From an uncultured virus (IMG/VR IMGVR_UViG_3300037400_006954) (taxonomy: Duplodnaviria; Heunggongvirae; Uroviricota; Caudoviricetes): DNA of 64,000 nucleotides. The notes below the pieces were generated by a model, which made no database searches, was not told the origin of the DNA, and saw only the letters and a program-made list of their open reading frames with translations. Shown piece after piece: positions 51,414 to 60,279 of the stretch. Both the position numbers and the translations under genes were made by a program. Where the stretch lies: IMG/VR virus record IMGVR_UViG_3300037400_006954; one strand, written 5' to 3'. Numbering within the stretch: position 1 is the first letter of the stretch; each line of letters begins with the position of its first letter.

Positions 51414-52591
51414 ATGATTTCGCCCTTTGCCGTCATGGACGCAAGCATGGTCAGCCCGGCCAGCATGAGGGCTGGCCTGCCCGAGGGGCTGCCGACTATG
51501 TCGTCCTTAAACACATCCACGACCTCCAGCCTCTCGTGCTCGTCTAGCCTCTGGTCCACCTCATCGTACTTGGCGGTGTTGAGGTCGACGTAGTAGTAGA
51601 ACATGCTGTTTGTCATGAATCCCGGGTTGGTGTGCAGATGCCCCAGTATCTTGAGGTCTGCGCGGTCTACGCGAATGCCCAGTTCCTCCTCCAGCTCCCT
51701 CAGGGCGGCGTCGAACCGGGCTTCGCCTTCGTCAACCACTCCGGTAACGAACTCGTCGTACTCAAAACCGGTGCCCCAGCGCTTCTGCCTGACGCACCTG
51801 AACGAAACGCGCCTGCTCGGTCCTTCCTTGTCCTTGTTCTGCACTATCACGCAGACCCAGTCGCGAGATTCGACCATTATCGGCCGGAACCCCGGTATGT
51901 CGGACGGTATGTTGTACACGTCGAATATCGGGGTGTGCAGCATCAGGTTCGGGGGGACCAGGTCCTCCGTCCAGACCCGTGGATCCACGCAGTACTTGTG
52001 GTACGACTCGGGAGCTACGAGCTTGCGTATCTCCGTTGCGGAGATGTCCGCGAACTTCCCGTCGATCTCGAGTATTCCTTCAGGCGCCTGTATGTTCTCC
52101 GGGGGTTTGTCGCCCTTGCGGAGCACCACGACCGGCGACGCTATCCTGAGGACGTCTTCGTGAGACTTCCACCTGTCGAAGATCCCCCATTCGTCTGATC
52201 CGACGATGAACTTCATGTCGAACGAGGAGGCCTCCGAGGACTCGCTCGCGCAGAACGCGGTGAGCGTGTCGATGAACCCACGGTTCACGCCGGGGAACTT
52301 CTCGGCGAACCTGACCTCGCCCTCGTAGACGGTGACCGGGAAGCGGGCTGTCGTCTCGTCCCCCTCGTCCCATCCGTTGAGCTCGATGCGCCTCTTGATG
52401 ATCGCAATGCGCTCGTCCGGCGTATAGAGCCTGGTCTTGCCATTTCTGTGCCACGTCACGGTCGTCGGGATTACGACTACGTGGTGGTTCTTGAACTTCT
52501 CGAGCGCCATGCGCACGATCTCCTCGTGCGCAGGCGTCCATGGGTCGAACGTGCCTCCGAAGAGCACGTATCTTCTGTGGCTTTCGTTCAT
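51410..52591 (-). CDS. nadD: Nicotinate-mononucleotide adenylyltransferase fused to an ADP-ribose pyrophosphatase-like Nudix hydrolase
   Basis: Start revised to 52591 (ATGA overlap with the pncB stop, GGAGG RBS); 393 aa; FGGTFDPWTPAH, FIVGSD, ISATEIRK; Nudix box GVVDEGEARFDAALRELEEELG followed by NPG and LDEHERLEV. Confidence 0.85.
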   Translation of the reverse strand: MNESHRRYVLFGGTFDPWTPAHEEIVRMALEKFKNHHVVVIPTTVTWHRNGKTRLYTPDERIAIIKRRIELNGWDEGDETTARFPVTVYEGEVRFAEKFPGVNRGFIDTLTAFCASESSEASSFDMKFIVGSDEWGIFDRWKSHEDVLRIASPVVVLRKGDKPPENIQAPEGILEIDGKFADISATEIRKLVAPESYHKYCVDPRVWTEDLVPPNLMLHTPIFDVYNIPSDIPGFRPIMVESRDWVCVIVQNKDKEGPSRRVSFRCVRQKRWGTGFEYDEFVTGVVDEGEARFDAALRELEEELGIRVDRADLKILGHLHTNPGFMTNSMFYYYVDLNTAKYDEVDQRLDEHERLEVVDVFKDDIVGSPSGRPALMLAGLTMLASMTAKGEII

Positions 52592-53802
52592 GCCTCCTCC
52601 TCGTTCTCGAGCCTCCAGTCTATGGCTCGCCGGAGGTACTTCACGTACTCGGCGTCTTCGCACATGCCCTTGCTTGGATTGTCCGAGAGCTTTGCAACGG
52701 GCCCGCCGTTGCATTTCACGACCTTCATCACCGCGTTCAACTTTATGTCGCTGGGGTTGGCCAGGAAAGTGCCTATCCCGAACGCCACCTTGGCGCGGCT
52801 CCTGAAGAAGGCGTTGAGCTTGCGGGCGCGCTCGAAGTCGAGGCTGTCGCTGAACAGCAGCGTCTTCTGCGTCGCGTCGATGCCCAGCTTCTTGTAGTGG
52901 TCGAGCATCTCGCTTCCCCACCAGTAGGGGTCGCCGGAGTCGTGCCTTACTCCGGAGAACAGCGTGGCGTGCCTCTCGTCGAAGTCGCGGAGGAACAGCG
53001 CCGTTCCGAGCGTGTCGGTGAGGGCGATGCCGTTCTTGATTCCGTACTCCTTCTCCCACGCCTCCATCATGAATTTGTTGGAGTATGCAGGATTGAATTC
53101 GTGATGGCCCTGGCCCACGCACATGATGAACTCGTGCGCCATGGTGCCGACGGGCTTGATTCCGTACTTCTTCGCAAGATAGACGTTGGAGGTTCCAACG
53201 AACCCACTCTTCTCCCTGTTTGCCGTGAGCATCGCCACGACATGGTCCTGCAGCTCCGCCGAGAATCGGCGGCGCATTCCGAACTCGGAGAACGTACCTA
53301 TGGGGTCGTTCGCCGACTCGTCGGCTATCTTCGCAGCCTCCACCAGCGCTTTCGCCTTGATGCCGTTGTAGCCGGCGGGATCCCTCATGTAGAGGTACAC
53401 CTCGCTCACTATCGCGAGGAGTGGAACCTCGTACATCGAGGTATTGAGCCACGAGCCTTTGGTGGTGATGCGAAGACCGCAGTCATCCACTCCGTCCTCG
53501 TTGACGAGGATCTCCTCGCGGCGCGGATGCCACAGCCGGAGGAAGTCGACGTAGGCCGGCTTGATCCATGGAATCGACCGGAGGTAGTCCAGGTCCTCTT
53601 CGGAAAACCTGAGCCCGCAGTACGCGTCGATCTGACGCCGTATCTCGGACACCATGTCCCCGGTTACCTTTCCGAGGTCCCTCCAGTTCCTGAACCTGAA
53701 CCGCCACTCGACGGTGTCGGACGGGAACTGGTTGTGTATGGCCTGCCCCATGGAGAACTTGTACATGTCGTTCTCCAGGGGTGAATTGATTATCTGGTTC
53801 AT
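52588..53802 (-). CDS. pncB: Nicotinate phosphoribosyltransferase
   Basis: 404 aa; LENDMYKFSM, SEFGMRRRFS, GTSNV, GTMAHE, TDT, GVRHDSGDP, FSDSLD, FGIGT, KLSD. Confidence 0.93.
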   Translation of the reverse strand: MNQIINSPLENDMYKFSMGQAIHNQFPSDTVEWRFRFRNWRDLGKVTGDMVSEIRRQIDAYCGLRFSEEDLDYLRSIPWIKPAYVDFLRLWHPRREEILVNEDGVDDCGLRITTKGSWLNTSMYEVPLLAIVSEVYLYMRDPAGYNGIKAKALVEAAKIADESANDPIGTFSEFGMRRRFSAELQDHVVAMLTANREKSGFVGTSNVYLAKKYGIKPVGTMAHEFIMCVGQGHHEFNPAYSNKFMMEAWEKEYGIKNGIALTDTLGTALFLRDFDERHATLFSGVRHDSGDPYWWGSEMLDHYKKLGIDATQKTLLFSDSLDFERARKLNAFFRSRAKVAFGIGTFLANPSDIKLNAVMKVVKCNGGPVAKLSDNPSKGMCEDAEYVKYLRRAIDWRLENEEEA

Positions 53803-53829
53803 GTTTTTTTACCCTTTCGTTTGTATGTG

Positions 53830-55104
53830 TTATCGTGAGCTGTAGCCGTCCGAGTCGTTGGGTCCCATGTCCTCCTCGGCCTCCACGAAGTATCTGGTTC
53901 CGCCTCTGTTGGAAAACCCGTGGTTGCTGGACAACGCGTAGTCTTCGGGCTCGCTGTACACGTAGTTGTTGAGAGCACGGTATACCACGCGCGTAGTGTC
54001 GTCGCTCCTGTCGACGCTGTTCATGCTCATCACGGAGTTTTCGCGCTCCACCTTGCTGGCGGTAGGATCGAACAGGGTGCCTACGGAAAGTCCGAGCTCG
54101 GCCTCGATGGTGTCGAGCGTCAAGTCGTCTTCCGGGAGCTCCCAGTCGCAGATGTAGTACAGCTTCCTGGTCTGCTTTACGACGCCGAACAGAATAGGAT
54201 CGCGCCTCCTGGCGGTGGCGGCCTCTTTCTTCTTCTCGGCCTGCTTTACTACCTCCTTCTTTGCCTCCTTTACGAAGTCACCGTAGTAGGCGACCACGTA
54301 GTTGTCGAAGACCATCTTGGAGTCGGCCTCCTCCTTCTTCTTGATGACCTCTTCCGGCATGTCTCCGTCGTAGTACCGAAGGAACTCCACCCTGACGCCG
54401 CGCTCTGACTTGGCGATGAAGTCGATCATCTGCTTCTCGGTCACGAACTTGGTGTACCCACAGCTGGCGATGGCAAGCTCGTGGGCTATCTGCGGCACGA
54501 GCTTCTTCACCGACTCGACCTTGGTGTACTGGCCGGACCTGGCATACTTGCCTATCAGCGCGTCGAGAGCGGCCTTGGCCTTTGCAAGCTCATCGGAACT
54601 GGTAAGCTCCATGTGCGCCTTCAGGTCCGCGAACGCGACCTCTGCCGGAACAAGCCGTTCCTTCCTGCCGAACATCCTCTTGAACGCGGCGGATATCCTG
54701 TCCGTGACCGAGTTCGGCTTGAACCCGTAGTACACGGCCATCTTCTCCAGCGAGGCGGCTACCTCCTTTTCGTGCTTGTCCTGGATTCCCCAGCGGTCGT
54801 CGCTGAGGGCCTTCTCCATCGCCTCGAGGCCCTCGATGTGCTTCTTGAGGTCCTTTGCCACGACTGGATTCTCGCGTTCGTACTTCTCCAGCTTCGACTT
54901 CTCGCCGAAATGCGCCGCTCCGACCTCCTTCAGGAGCGCCGCCTTGTTGGCCTGAAACGCCTTCCACTTCGGAAGGTCTCTCTCTATGTAGAAGTCCTCG
55001 AATACGCGAAGACACAGCTTTCCGCCGACCTTGTTGAGCGACGGATTGTCCTCGGGGTTGATCTTGGGCTTGGCCTTCTTTTCCTTTTTTGCCGGTTTTG
55101 CCAT
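53830..55104 (-). CDS. Conserved phage-type hypothetical protein
   Basis: 424 aa; DPILFGVV...LYYICDW motif; AAAGGAG RBS. Confidence 0.65.
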   Translation of the reverse strand: MAKPAKKEKKAKPKINPEDNPSLNKVGGKLCLRVFEDFYIERDLPKWKAFQANKAALLKEVGAAHFGEKSKLEKYERENPVVAKDLKKHIEGLEAMEKALSDDRWGIQDKHEKEVAASLEKMAVYYGFKPNSVTDRISAAFKRMFGRKERLVPAEVAFADLKAHMELTSSDELAKAKAALDALIGKYARSGQYTKVESVKKLVPQIAHELAIASCGYTKFVTEKQMIDFIAKSERGVRVEFLRYYDGDMPEEVIKKKEEADSKMVFDNYVVAYYGDFVKEAKKEVVKQAEKKKEAATARRRDPILFGVVKQTRKLYYICDWELPEDDLTLDTIEAELGLSVGTLFDPTASKVERENSVMSMNSVDRSDDTTRVVYRALNNYVYSEPEDYALSSNHGFSNRGGTRYFVEAEEDMGPNDSDGYSSR

Positions 55105-55123
55105 TTTTTACTCCTTTCGTTTT

Positions 55124-55165
55124 TTACAAAAATGAAGGAACGGCCGGCGAAAAGCCGACCGTCCC
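55124..55165 (-). terminator. Hairpin terminator after nrdG
   Basis: Minus strand GACGGTCGGC-TTTTC-GCCGGCCGTTC followed by a T-rich tail. Confidence 0.5.
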
Positions 55166-55195
55166 GCAACCAACTGCCAGATTTCAGAAATCAGT

Positions 55196-55690
55196 CTACT
55201 TGGCATCTCCCAGGCGCAGTATGCGCTGGTTGGAGCTTCCCCTGAACTTCAGGGAGATGTCCTTCAGCTCCTCCATGAACGGACCGTCCACCAGGACGTC
55301 GGTCATGCCCAGTATGGCGTCCGTATCCTTAGTACGCCACCTGTATCCATCCTTCCTGAGGTCTTCCAGTATGCATCCGGTGTAGATCCATACGTTTTTC
55401 GAAGACCCGAAACGCTCCCTGAACCTCCTCAGGAACGGGAGCAGCGCTTCCTGGTTCGACGGCTCCATGGGCTCTCCCCCCAGGATTGTCAGCCCAGATA
55501 TGAACTCCTTCCCTACGGAGTCCAGCACCATGTCCTCGGTATCGGCGTCAAAGAGACTGCCGTATCCGAAGTTCCACTGGTCGGGGTTGAAACAGCCCTT
55601 GCAGTGGTGCGTACAACCTGAAACGAAGAGGGAGACTCTGACTCCCTCTCCGTTCGCGATGTCGCAGGTCCTTATGGCCGCGTAGTTCAT
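55196..55690 (-). CDS. nrdG: Anaerobic ribonucleotide reductase activase
   Basis: 164 aa; DIANGEGVRVSLFVSGCTHHCKGCFN radical-SAM motif, LGGEP, DVLVDGPF, FRGSSNQR. Confidence 0.96.
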   Translation of the reverse strand: MNYAAIRTCDIANGEGVRVSLFVSGCTHHCKGCFNPDQWNFGYGSLFDADTEDMVLDSVGKEFISGLTILGGEPMEPSNQEALLPFLRRFRERFGSSKNVWIYTGCILEDLRKDGYRWRTKDTDAILGMTDVLVDGPFMEELKDISLKFRGSSNQRILRLGDAK

Positions 55691-55697
55691 GGCTGTG

Positions 55698-57941
55698 TCA
55701 GGACACGTGCAGCACCCTGTCCTTTATTTCCTGCGTACGCCCCTGGTTCCAGAACTGCGAGCCGATGTAGCCGCATGTCCTCCTGGCTACGTTGAGCTTA
55801 GACTCGTCCGTGTTGCCACACTTCGGGCAGCGCCATATCAGCTTGCCGGCGGCGTCCTTCACGATCTCCATCTCCCCGTCGAAGTCGCACACCTGGCAGT
55901 AGTCGCTCTTGGTGTTGAGCTCTGCGTACATGATGTTCTCGTATATGAACTTCATGAGCGAGAGCACGGCCTCGATGTTGCCTGTCATGTCCGGAACCTC
56001 GACATAGGAGATGGCGCCTCCAGGCGAGAGCTTCTGGAACTTCGCCTCCAGCGCGAGCTTGTCGAACGCCTCGATGTGCTCCGTGACGTGGACGTGGTAG
56101 GAGTTGGTGATGTAGTTCTTGTCGGTAACCCCCTTTATCACGCCGAACCTGGCCTGCAGGCACTTCGCGAACTTGTAGGTCGTCGACTCGAGCGGGGTGC
56201 CGTAGAGAGAGTAGTCGATGTCCTCCGCGGCCTTCCACTTGGCGGTGTACTCATTCAGCTTCTGCATGATCTCCAGCCCGAGCTTCTCACCTTCCGGCTC
56301 GGTGAGCTTCTTGCCGATGAGCGCGAACACGGTCTCCCACAGGCCGGCGTACCCGAGCGAGATGGTCGAGTAGCCTCCGTAGAGGAGCTTGTCGATCGTC
56401 TCTCCCTTCTCAAGCCTGGCGAGAGCGCCGTGCTGCCACAGTATGGGAGCCGCGTCGGTCTTTGTCCCGAGGAGCCTCTTGTGGCGGCACTGCAGCGCCT
56501 TGTGGCACAGTTCGCACCGCTCGTCCAGGATGCTCCAGAACTTGTCCATGTCGCCATGTGCGGAAAGGGCCACGTCGACGAGGTTGATGGTCACGACCCC
56601 CTGGTTGAAGCGACCGTAGTACTTCGGCTTGCCGGGCTCGTAGTTGCATGCCCTTGCCACGTTGTTGAACCCGTTTCCAGAGCGGTCCGGGGTCAAAAAC
56701 GAGCGGCACCCCATGCAGGTGTAGCAGTCTCCGTGCCCTGGCTCCTCGCCCTTGGACAGCTTGTACTCGCGCATCTTCTTCTCGCTGATGTAGTCCGGCA
56801 CCATGCGCTTTGCGGTGCACTTCGCAGCCAGCTCCGTAAGGTACCAGTACGGTGAGTCCTCGGTGATGTTCTGCTCCTCGAGAACGTAGATGAGCTTCGG
56901 GAACGCGGGGGTTACGTAGACGCCCTTCTCGTTCTTGACGCCCCTGATGCGTTCTTTGAGGGTCTCTTCGATGACCATGGCCAGGTCGTGGCGCTCCTGT
57001 TCGCTCCTCGCCTCGCCAAGATACATGAACACGGTGATGAACGGTGCCTGACCGTTGGTCGTCATGAGCGTGACCACCTGGTACTGTATGGTTTGGACAC
57101 CTTTCTTTATTTCATTACGTACACGTTCTTCGACGATGGTGTCGAATTTTTCGCCGGGAATGTCAGGCAGCCCGGCCATCTCTAGCTCCTTCTTGAGCTC
57201 TTTCCTGATGGCCTGCCTAGACACGTCGACGAACGGAGCCAGGTGGGTGAGGGAGATTGACTGCCCTCCGTACTGGTTGGACGCCACCTGGGCGATGATC
57301 TGGGTCGCCACGTTGCACGCCGTGGAGAACGAGTGCGGACGCTCGATCATGGTGCCGGAGATCACCGTCCCGTTCTGCAGCATGTCCTCCAGGTTCAGAA
57401 GGCAGCAGTTGTGCATGTGCTGCGCGAAGTAGTCCATGTCGTGGAAGTGGATGATTCCGTCCTTGTGGGCGTCAACTACGTCTGGAGGAAGAAGTATCCT
57501 TGCGGACACGTCCTTAGAGACCTCGCCGGCCATGTAGTCCCTCTGTACGGAGTTGACCGCAGGATTCTTGTTGGAGTTCTCCTGCTTGGCGTCCTCGTTG
57601 TTGCACTCGATAAGCGAAAGGATCTGCTTGTCGGTTGTATTTGACTGCCTGCGCAGGGACTGCTTGTACCGGTAGGTTATGTAGTGCTTTGCCACTTCGT
57701 ATGCGCCGAGTTCCATGATTTTCGTCTCAACGACGTCCTGGATCTCCTCGACTGTCATCGCGCGGTCTACCTTTGCGCAGTCACTTTGCACTTCGTTCGC
57801 TATGAGCTGGATCCTGGCCTCTGAAAGTGCGTTTTCCGGATCCACTGACCTCGACGCCTTGCGGACGGCGTTCTCTATCTTGGTTACGTCGAACGGAACT
57901 TCCTGTCCGCTGCGCTTTATAAGGTTCATTCTTCTAGCCAT
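55698..57941 (-). CDS. nrdD: Anaerobic (class III) ribonucleoside-triphosphate reductase
   Basis: 747 aa; N-terminal ATP cone, HFHD, NCC, SNQYGGQS, MGCRSFL, YGTPLES, CQVC/CPKC, glycyl-radical motif RRTCGYIG. Confidence 0.97.
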   Translation of the reverse strand: MARRMNLIKRSGQEVPFDVTKIENAVRKASRSVDPENALSEARIQLIANEVQSDCAKVDRAMTVEEIQDVVETKIMELGAYEVAKHYITYRYKQSLRRQSNTTDKQILSLIECNNEDAKQENSNKNPAVNSVQRDYMAGEVSKDVSARILLPPDVVDAHKDGIIHFHDMDYFAQHMHNCCLLNLEDMLQNGTVISGTMIERPHSFSTACNVATQIIAQVASNQYGGQSISLTHLAPFVDVSRQAIRKELKKELEMAGLPDIPGEKFDTIVEERVRNEIKKGVQTIQYQVVTLMTTNGQAPFITVFMYLGEARSEQERHDLAMVIEETLKERIRGVKNEKGVYVTPAFPKLIYVLEEQNITEDSPYWYLTELAAKCTAKRMVPDYISEKKMREYKLSKGEEPGHGDCYTCMGCRSFLTPDRSGNGFNNVARACNYEPGKPKYYGRFNQGVVTINLVDVALSAHGDMDKFWSILDERCELCHKALQCRHKRLLGTKTDAAPILWQHGALARLEKGETIDKLLYGGYSTISLGYAGLWETVFALIGKKLTEPEGEKLGLEIMQKLNEYTAKWKAAEDIDYSLYGTPLESTTYKFAKCLQARFGVIKGVTDKNYITNSYHVHVTEHIEAFDKLALEAKFQKLSPGGAISYVEVPDMTGNIEAVLSLMKFIYENIMYAELNTKSDYCQVCDFDGEMEIVKDAAGKLIWRCPKCGNTDESKLNVARRTCGYIGSQFWNQGRTQEIKDRVLHVS

Positions 57942-58022
57942 ATTCTCTCCGTGATACGCGCCGCGGGGTCAGACCACGCGGCGCTCGTTTCTGTATCAGA
58001 CCTACAGTTATCTATCAATAAA

Positions 58023-58634
58023 TCAGTTGTAAATCGTCTTTTTAAGCGAAATTCTCCAGCTTCCGTAGATCGCGGCTACATCGCTTACAAACGGAAGGTA
58101 CCCATATGCCCCCATTATCCTGGTAGGCGATATGTGCCCGTAGTCCGCGCACCCGCATCCTAGCGTTCCAGTAACATAACCATACATGACTCTCCTTGCC
58201 GACCCCTTGCCGGCAAGGTTCATTATCAGGGAATTGTCGTTAGTCGGCTCGTACGCCGCTACATACGACGGCTGAGCTTCGGCCTGCAGGAACACAGACG
58301 GCCTGTTGAAAACCTGCGTTTTGTTGTTCCCTATGAGATTCCACACAGTCGACTCGGTAAACACTTCGTATGTCACCGGATAACCCCCCACCTTGAAAGA
58401 CTTGTTGGTGAGGGCCGTTATCTGGACTTCCGCCGTCCCTTCGTCTCTGTACTTCACGCGGAGCTCCCCTACAAACGACTGAGACTTGTATACCCTGCGC
58501 CCCTTGGACTCCATGTTGTCGACTACCTGCGGTACATGCAGCCTCATCGTGAGTCTGTACACGTCGGTGACGGCGCTTGCGGCTGCCGTCGCAGCCATCA
58601 GGGCCGCAGCTACTATGAACTTCATGTTTACCAT
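58023..58634 (-). CDS. Secreted hypothetical protein
   Basis: 203 aa; signal peptide MKFIVAAALMAATAAASA. Confidence 0.65.
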   Translation of the reverse strand: MVNMKFIVAAALMAATAAASAVTDVYRLTMRLHVPQVVDNMESKGRRVYKSQSFVGELRVKYRDEGTAEVQITALTNKSFKVGGYPVTYEVFTESTVWNLIGNNKTQVFNRPSVFLQAEAQPSYVAAYEPTNDNSLIMNLAGKGSARRVMYGYVTGTLGCGCADYGHISPTRIMGAYGYLPFVSDVAAIYGSWRISLKKTIYN

Positions 58635-58726
58635 AGTGTTGCTCCAATAGCGAAGGGGACGCAGTAGTTCTCCGGCAATCCTGAATCCCCTTCGTGTTGC
58701 TCCTTCCTTGCCGGAACAACACTATG
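58632..58726 (-). ncRNA. Candidate structured cis-regulatory leader RNA
   Basis: Two hairpins with complementary loops and an alternative anti-RBS pairing (see findings). Confidence 0.35.
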
Positions 58727-58749
58727 ATACCATAAAGACGGTGTCGCTG

Positions 58750-58917
58750 CTACCCCTCAAGTGGAGTTATCTTCTTTATCTCAACGTCGTTCTCCGACCT
58801 GAGGCCCAACGCCTGGCGGCGACGCTTCAGCTGTTTCTTTGCGTCGTACTTTGAGCTGGCCTCGACGATGTCGATACATTCAGCTCCGTTGAAGGTATAT
58901 TCAATCTGAAACGACAT
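58750..58917 (-). CDS. Small hypothetical protein (55 aa)
   Basis: Manual translation MSFQIEYTFNGAECIDIVEASSKYDAKK...; AAGGAG RBS. Confidence 0.55.
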   Translation of the reverse strand: MSFQIEYTFNGAECIDIVEASSKYDAKKQLKRRRQALGLRSENDVEIKKITPLEG

Positions 58918-58933
58918 GATTTCTCCTTTTGTT

Positions 58934-59347
58934 CTATTTACCGGGCTGTTTCTTGACCTTGACAGGCAGGCCTCCCGCCGGCCATATCCACTTTATCTCC
59001 AGCGAGGAGACTGCGATACCGACCTCCATCCTGCCATGGCTGCTCCAGACATGGACGATGTTGTTCGTCTGCATGTCCATCCTGAGGTTGTCGGTCCTCA
59101 CGATTCCGGAGTCGTCCTCCCAGGATATTACGTCGCAGAATGCCGCAATCTCGACAGGCTTCTTGTCGCGTTCCCCCACGACTGCGATAAGCCTGTAGCC
59201 GCTGTCGTGGATATCCTTCGTAGGTACCAGGTAGATACCATCATAGATTGACTTAACGTCCCACTGCCGTCTCGGAAGAGCCAGCAGCTCCTTCGCTGTC
59301 GGAATCTTCGGAGTCTTCGGAATCTCCGTCTTATTCGTCTTTGTCAT
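58934..59347 (-). CDS. Hypothetical protein
   Basis: 137 aa; HDSGY motif. Confidence 0.55.
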   Translation of the reverse strand: MTKTNKTEIPKTPKIPTAKELLALPRRQWDVKSIYDGIYLVPTKDIHDSGYRLIAVVGERDKKPVEIAAFCDVISWEDDSGIVRTDNLRMDMQTNNIVHVWSSHGRMEVGIAVSSLEIKWIWPAGGLPVKVKKQPGK

Positions 59348-59804
59348 CGTTTACCCCTTTCGTTTTGTCCATGAGTCCGAACATGTAGCCTGAGCGTTCG
59401 GGCAAAAGCCACAAAAGTTCGTCGTCAGACACAAATCCCGCCTTCATGATTTTGATGGTAGTCTCCGGGACGCCGTGCGTGTTCCCGTAGTCAGAGTCCA
59501 GAGTGTGTACGTATACCTCGTACCCCCTGTCGGAGGCTATCTCTATGACGTTCAACAGCCGTTCCGTCTCTCCCGAGAATACTCCCGTGACCACGAAGTC
59601 TATCCCGGCCTCCGCCGCAGCCTCTACCTGGCCGTATAGCCACTCGGTGGCCTGCGCGGCCAGCTCAGGCGTGAACGTGTACTCGCCGCCTCTGGTGAGA
59701 TACATGTCGGCCTCTATTCGGAACAAGTCCGGAAACTCCTTGATGGCAAGCGTCGTCTTCCCCGATCCCGGAAGACCACGGATGATCTGCATGCGGGGAG
59801 TCAT
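59331..59804 (-). CDS. P-loop kinase (AAA_33/PseT N-terminal-like)
   Basis: 157 aa; IIRGLPGSGKTT, IEADMY, GNTHGVP. Confidence 0.8.
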   Translation of the reverse strand: MTPRMQIIRGLPGSGKTTLAIKEFPDLFRIEADMYLTRGGEYTFTPELAAQATEWLYGQVEAAAEAGIDFVVTGVFSGETERLLNVIEIASDRGYEVYVHTLDSDYGNTHGVPETTIKIMKAGFVSDDELLWLLPERSGYMFGLMDKTKGVNDDKDE

Positions 59805-59974
59805 TTCAACACCCCCGACATTACGCGCTTCTTGACGTTTGAGTCATTGGGAAGCTGAACCTTCCCGCTTGCGTCCTTCCTGCCCGCACGATAGCCGATG
59901 TTGTATACGACTACGGTCCACTCGACTAGAATGCCTATGCCACTTACTATAGCCGCGAATACGTAAAAGCTCAT
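59801..59974 (-). CDS. Small membrane protein (57 aa)
   Basis: Manual translation MSFYVFAAIVSGIGILVEWTVVVYNIGY...; AGGAGG RBS; ATGA overlap with the next gene. Confidence 0.55.
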   Translation of the reverse strand: MSFYVFAAIVSGIGILVEWTVVVYNIGYRAGRKDASGKVQLPNDSNVKKRVMSGVLK

Positions 59975-60064
59975 AGTGTCCTCCTATTTTGCAATAAGAT
60001 TTTACCCCTCTAAAAAGAGAGGTAAAATCTTCCCTACATTATTATAACCGCTTGCGGCGAGGTA

Positions 60065-60271
60065 TTAACAGTCGTCGTTTCTGCCGACAGGGATGCCTCC
60101 GAGAGAAGGATGCCCGGAACACTCCCTCCTAAGACGCTCGTTTTCCATCTTAAGCGTGGAGTTTTCGCACGAAATATCGTTGAGCTTCTGCATCAGCTTC
60201 TCGTAGGTGTCGCGCGGAACCCATTGGCTGTCCTCCATCTGCTGGCACTGGAACCTGCGTTCGTTTTCCAT
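60065..60271 (-). CDS. Small coiled-coil protein
   Basis: Start revised to 60271 (MENERRF, GAGG RBS); the upstream extension overlaps another gene. Confidence 0.45.
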   Translation of the reverse strand: MENERRFQCQQMEDSQWVPRDTYEKLMQKLNDISCENSTLKMENERLRRECSGHPSLGGIPVGRNDDC

Positions 60272-60279
60272 TGTAGTCC

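Noticed and set aside
52592..53452. N-terminal 287 aa of the 680-aa ORF in the track
   Set aside because: Out-of-frame overlap with pncB; the real start is at 52591 with an RBS and ATGA coupling
52588..53802. NAMPT (NadV), i.e. an ordinary NARP2 locus
   Set aside because: Motifs match nicotinate PRTase, and the presence of pncA and nadE fits the deamidated route
58632..58726. tRNA or a known riboswitch family
   Set aside because: No cloverleaf, T-loop or family consensus recognised; no tRNA gene was seen by eye anywhere in the window
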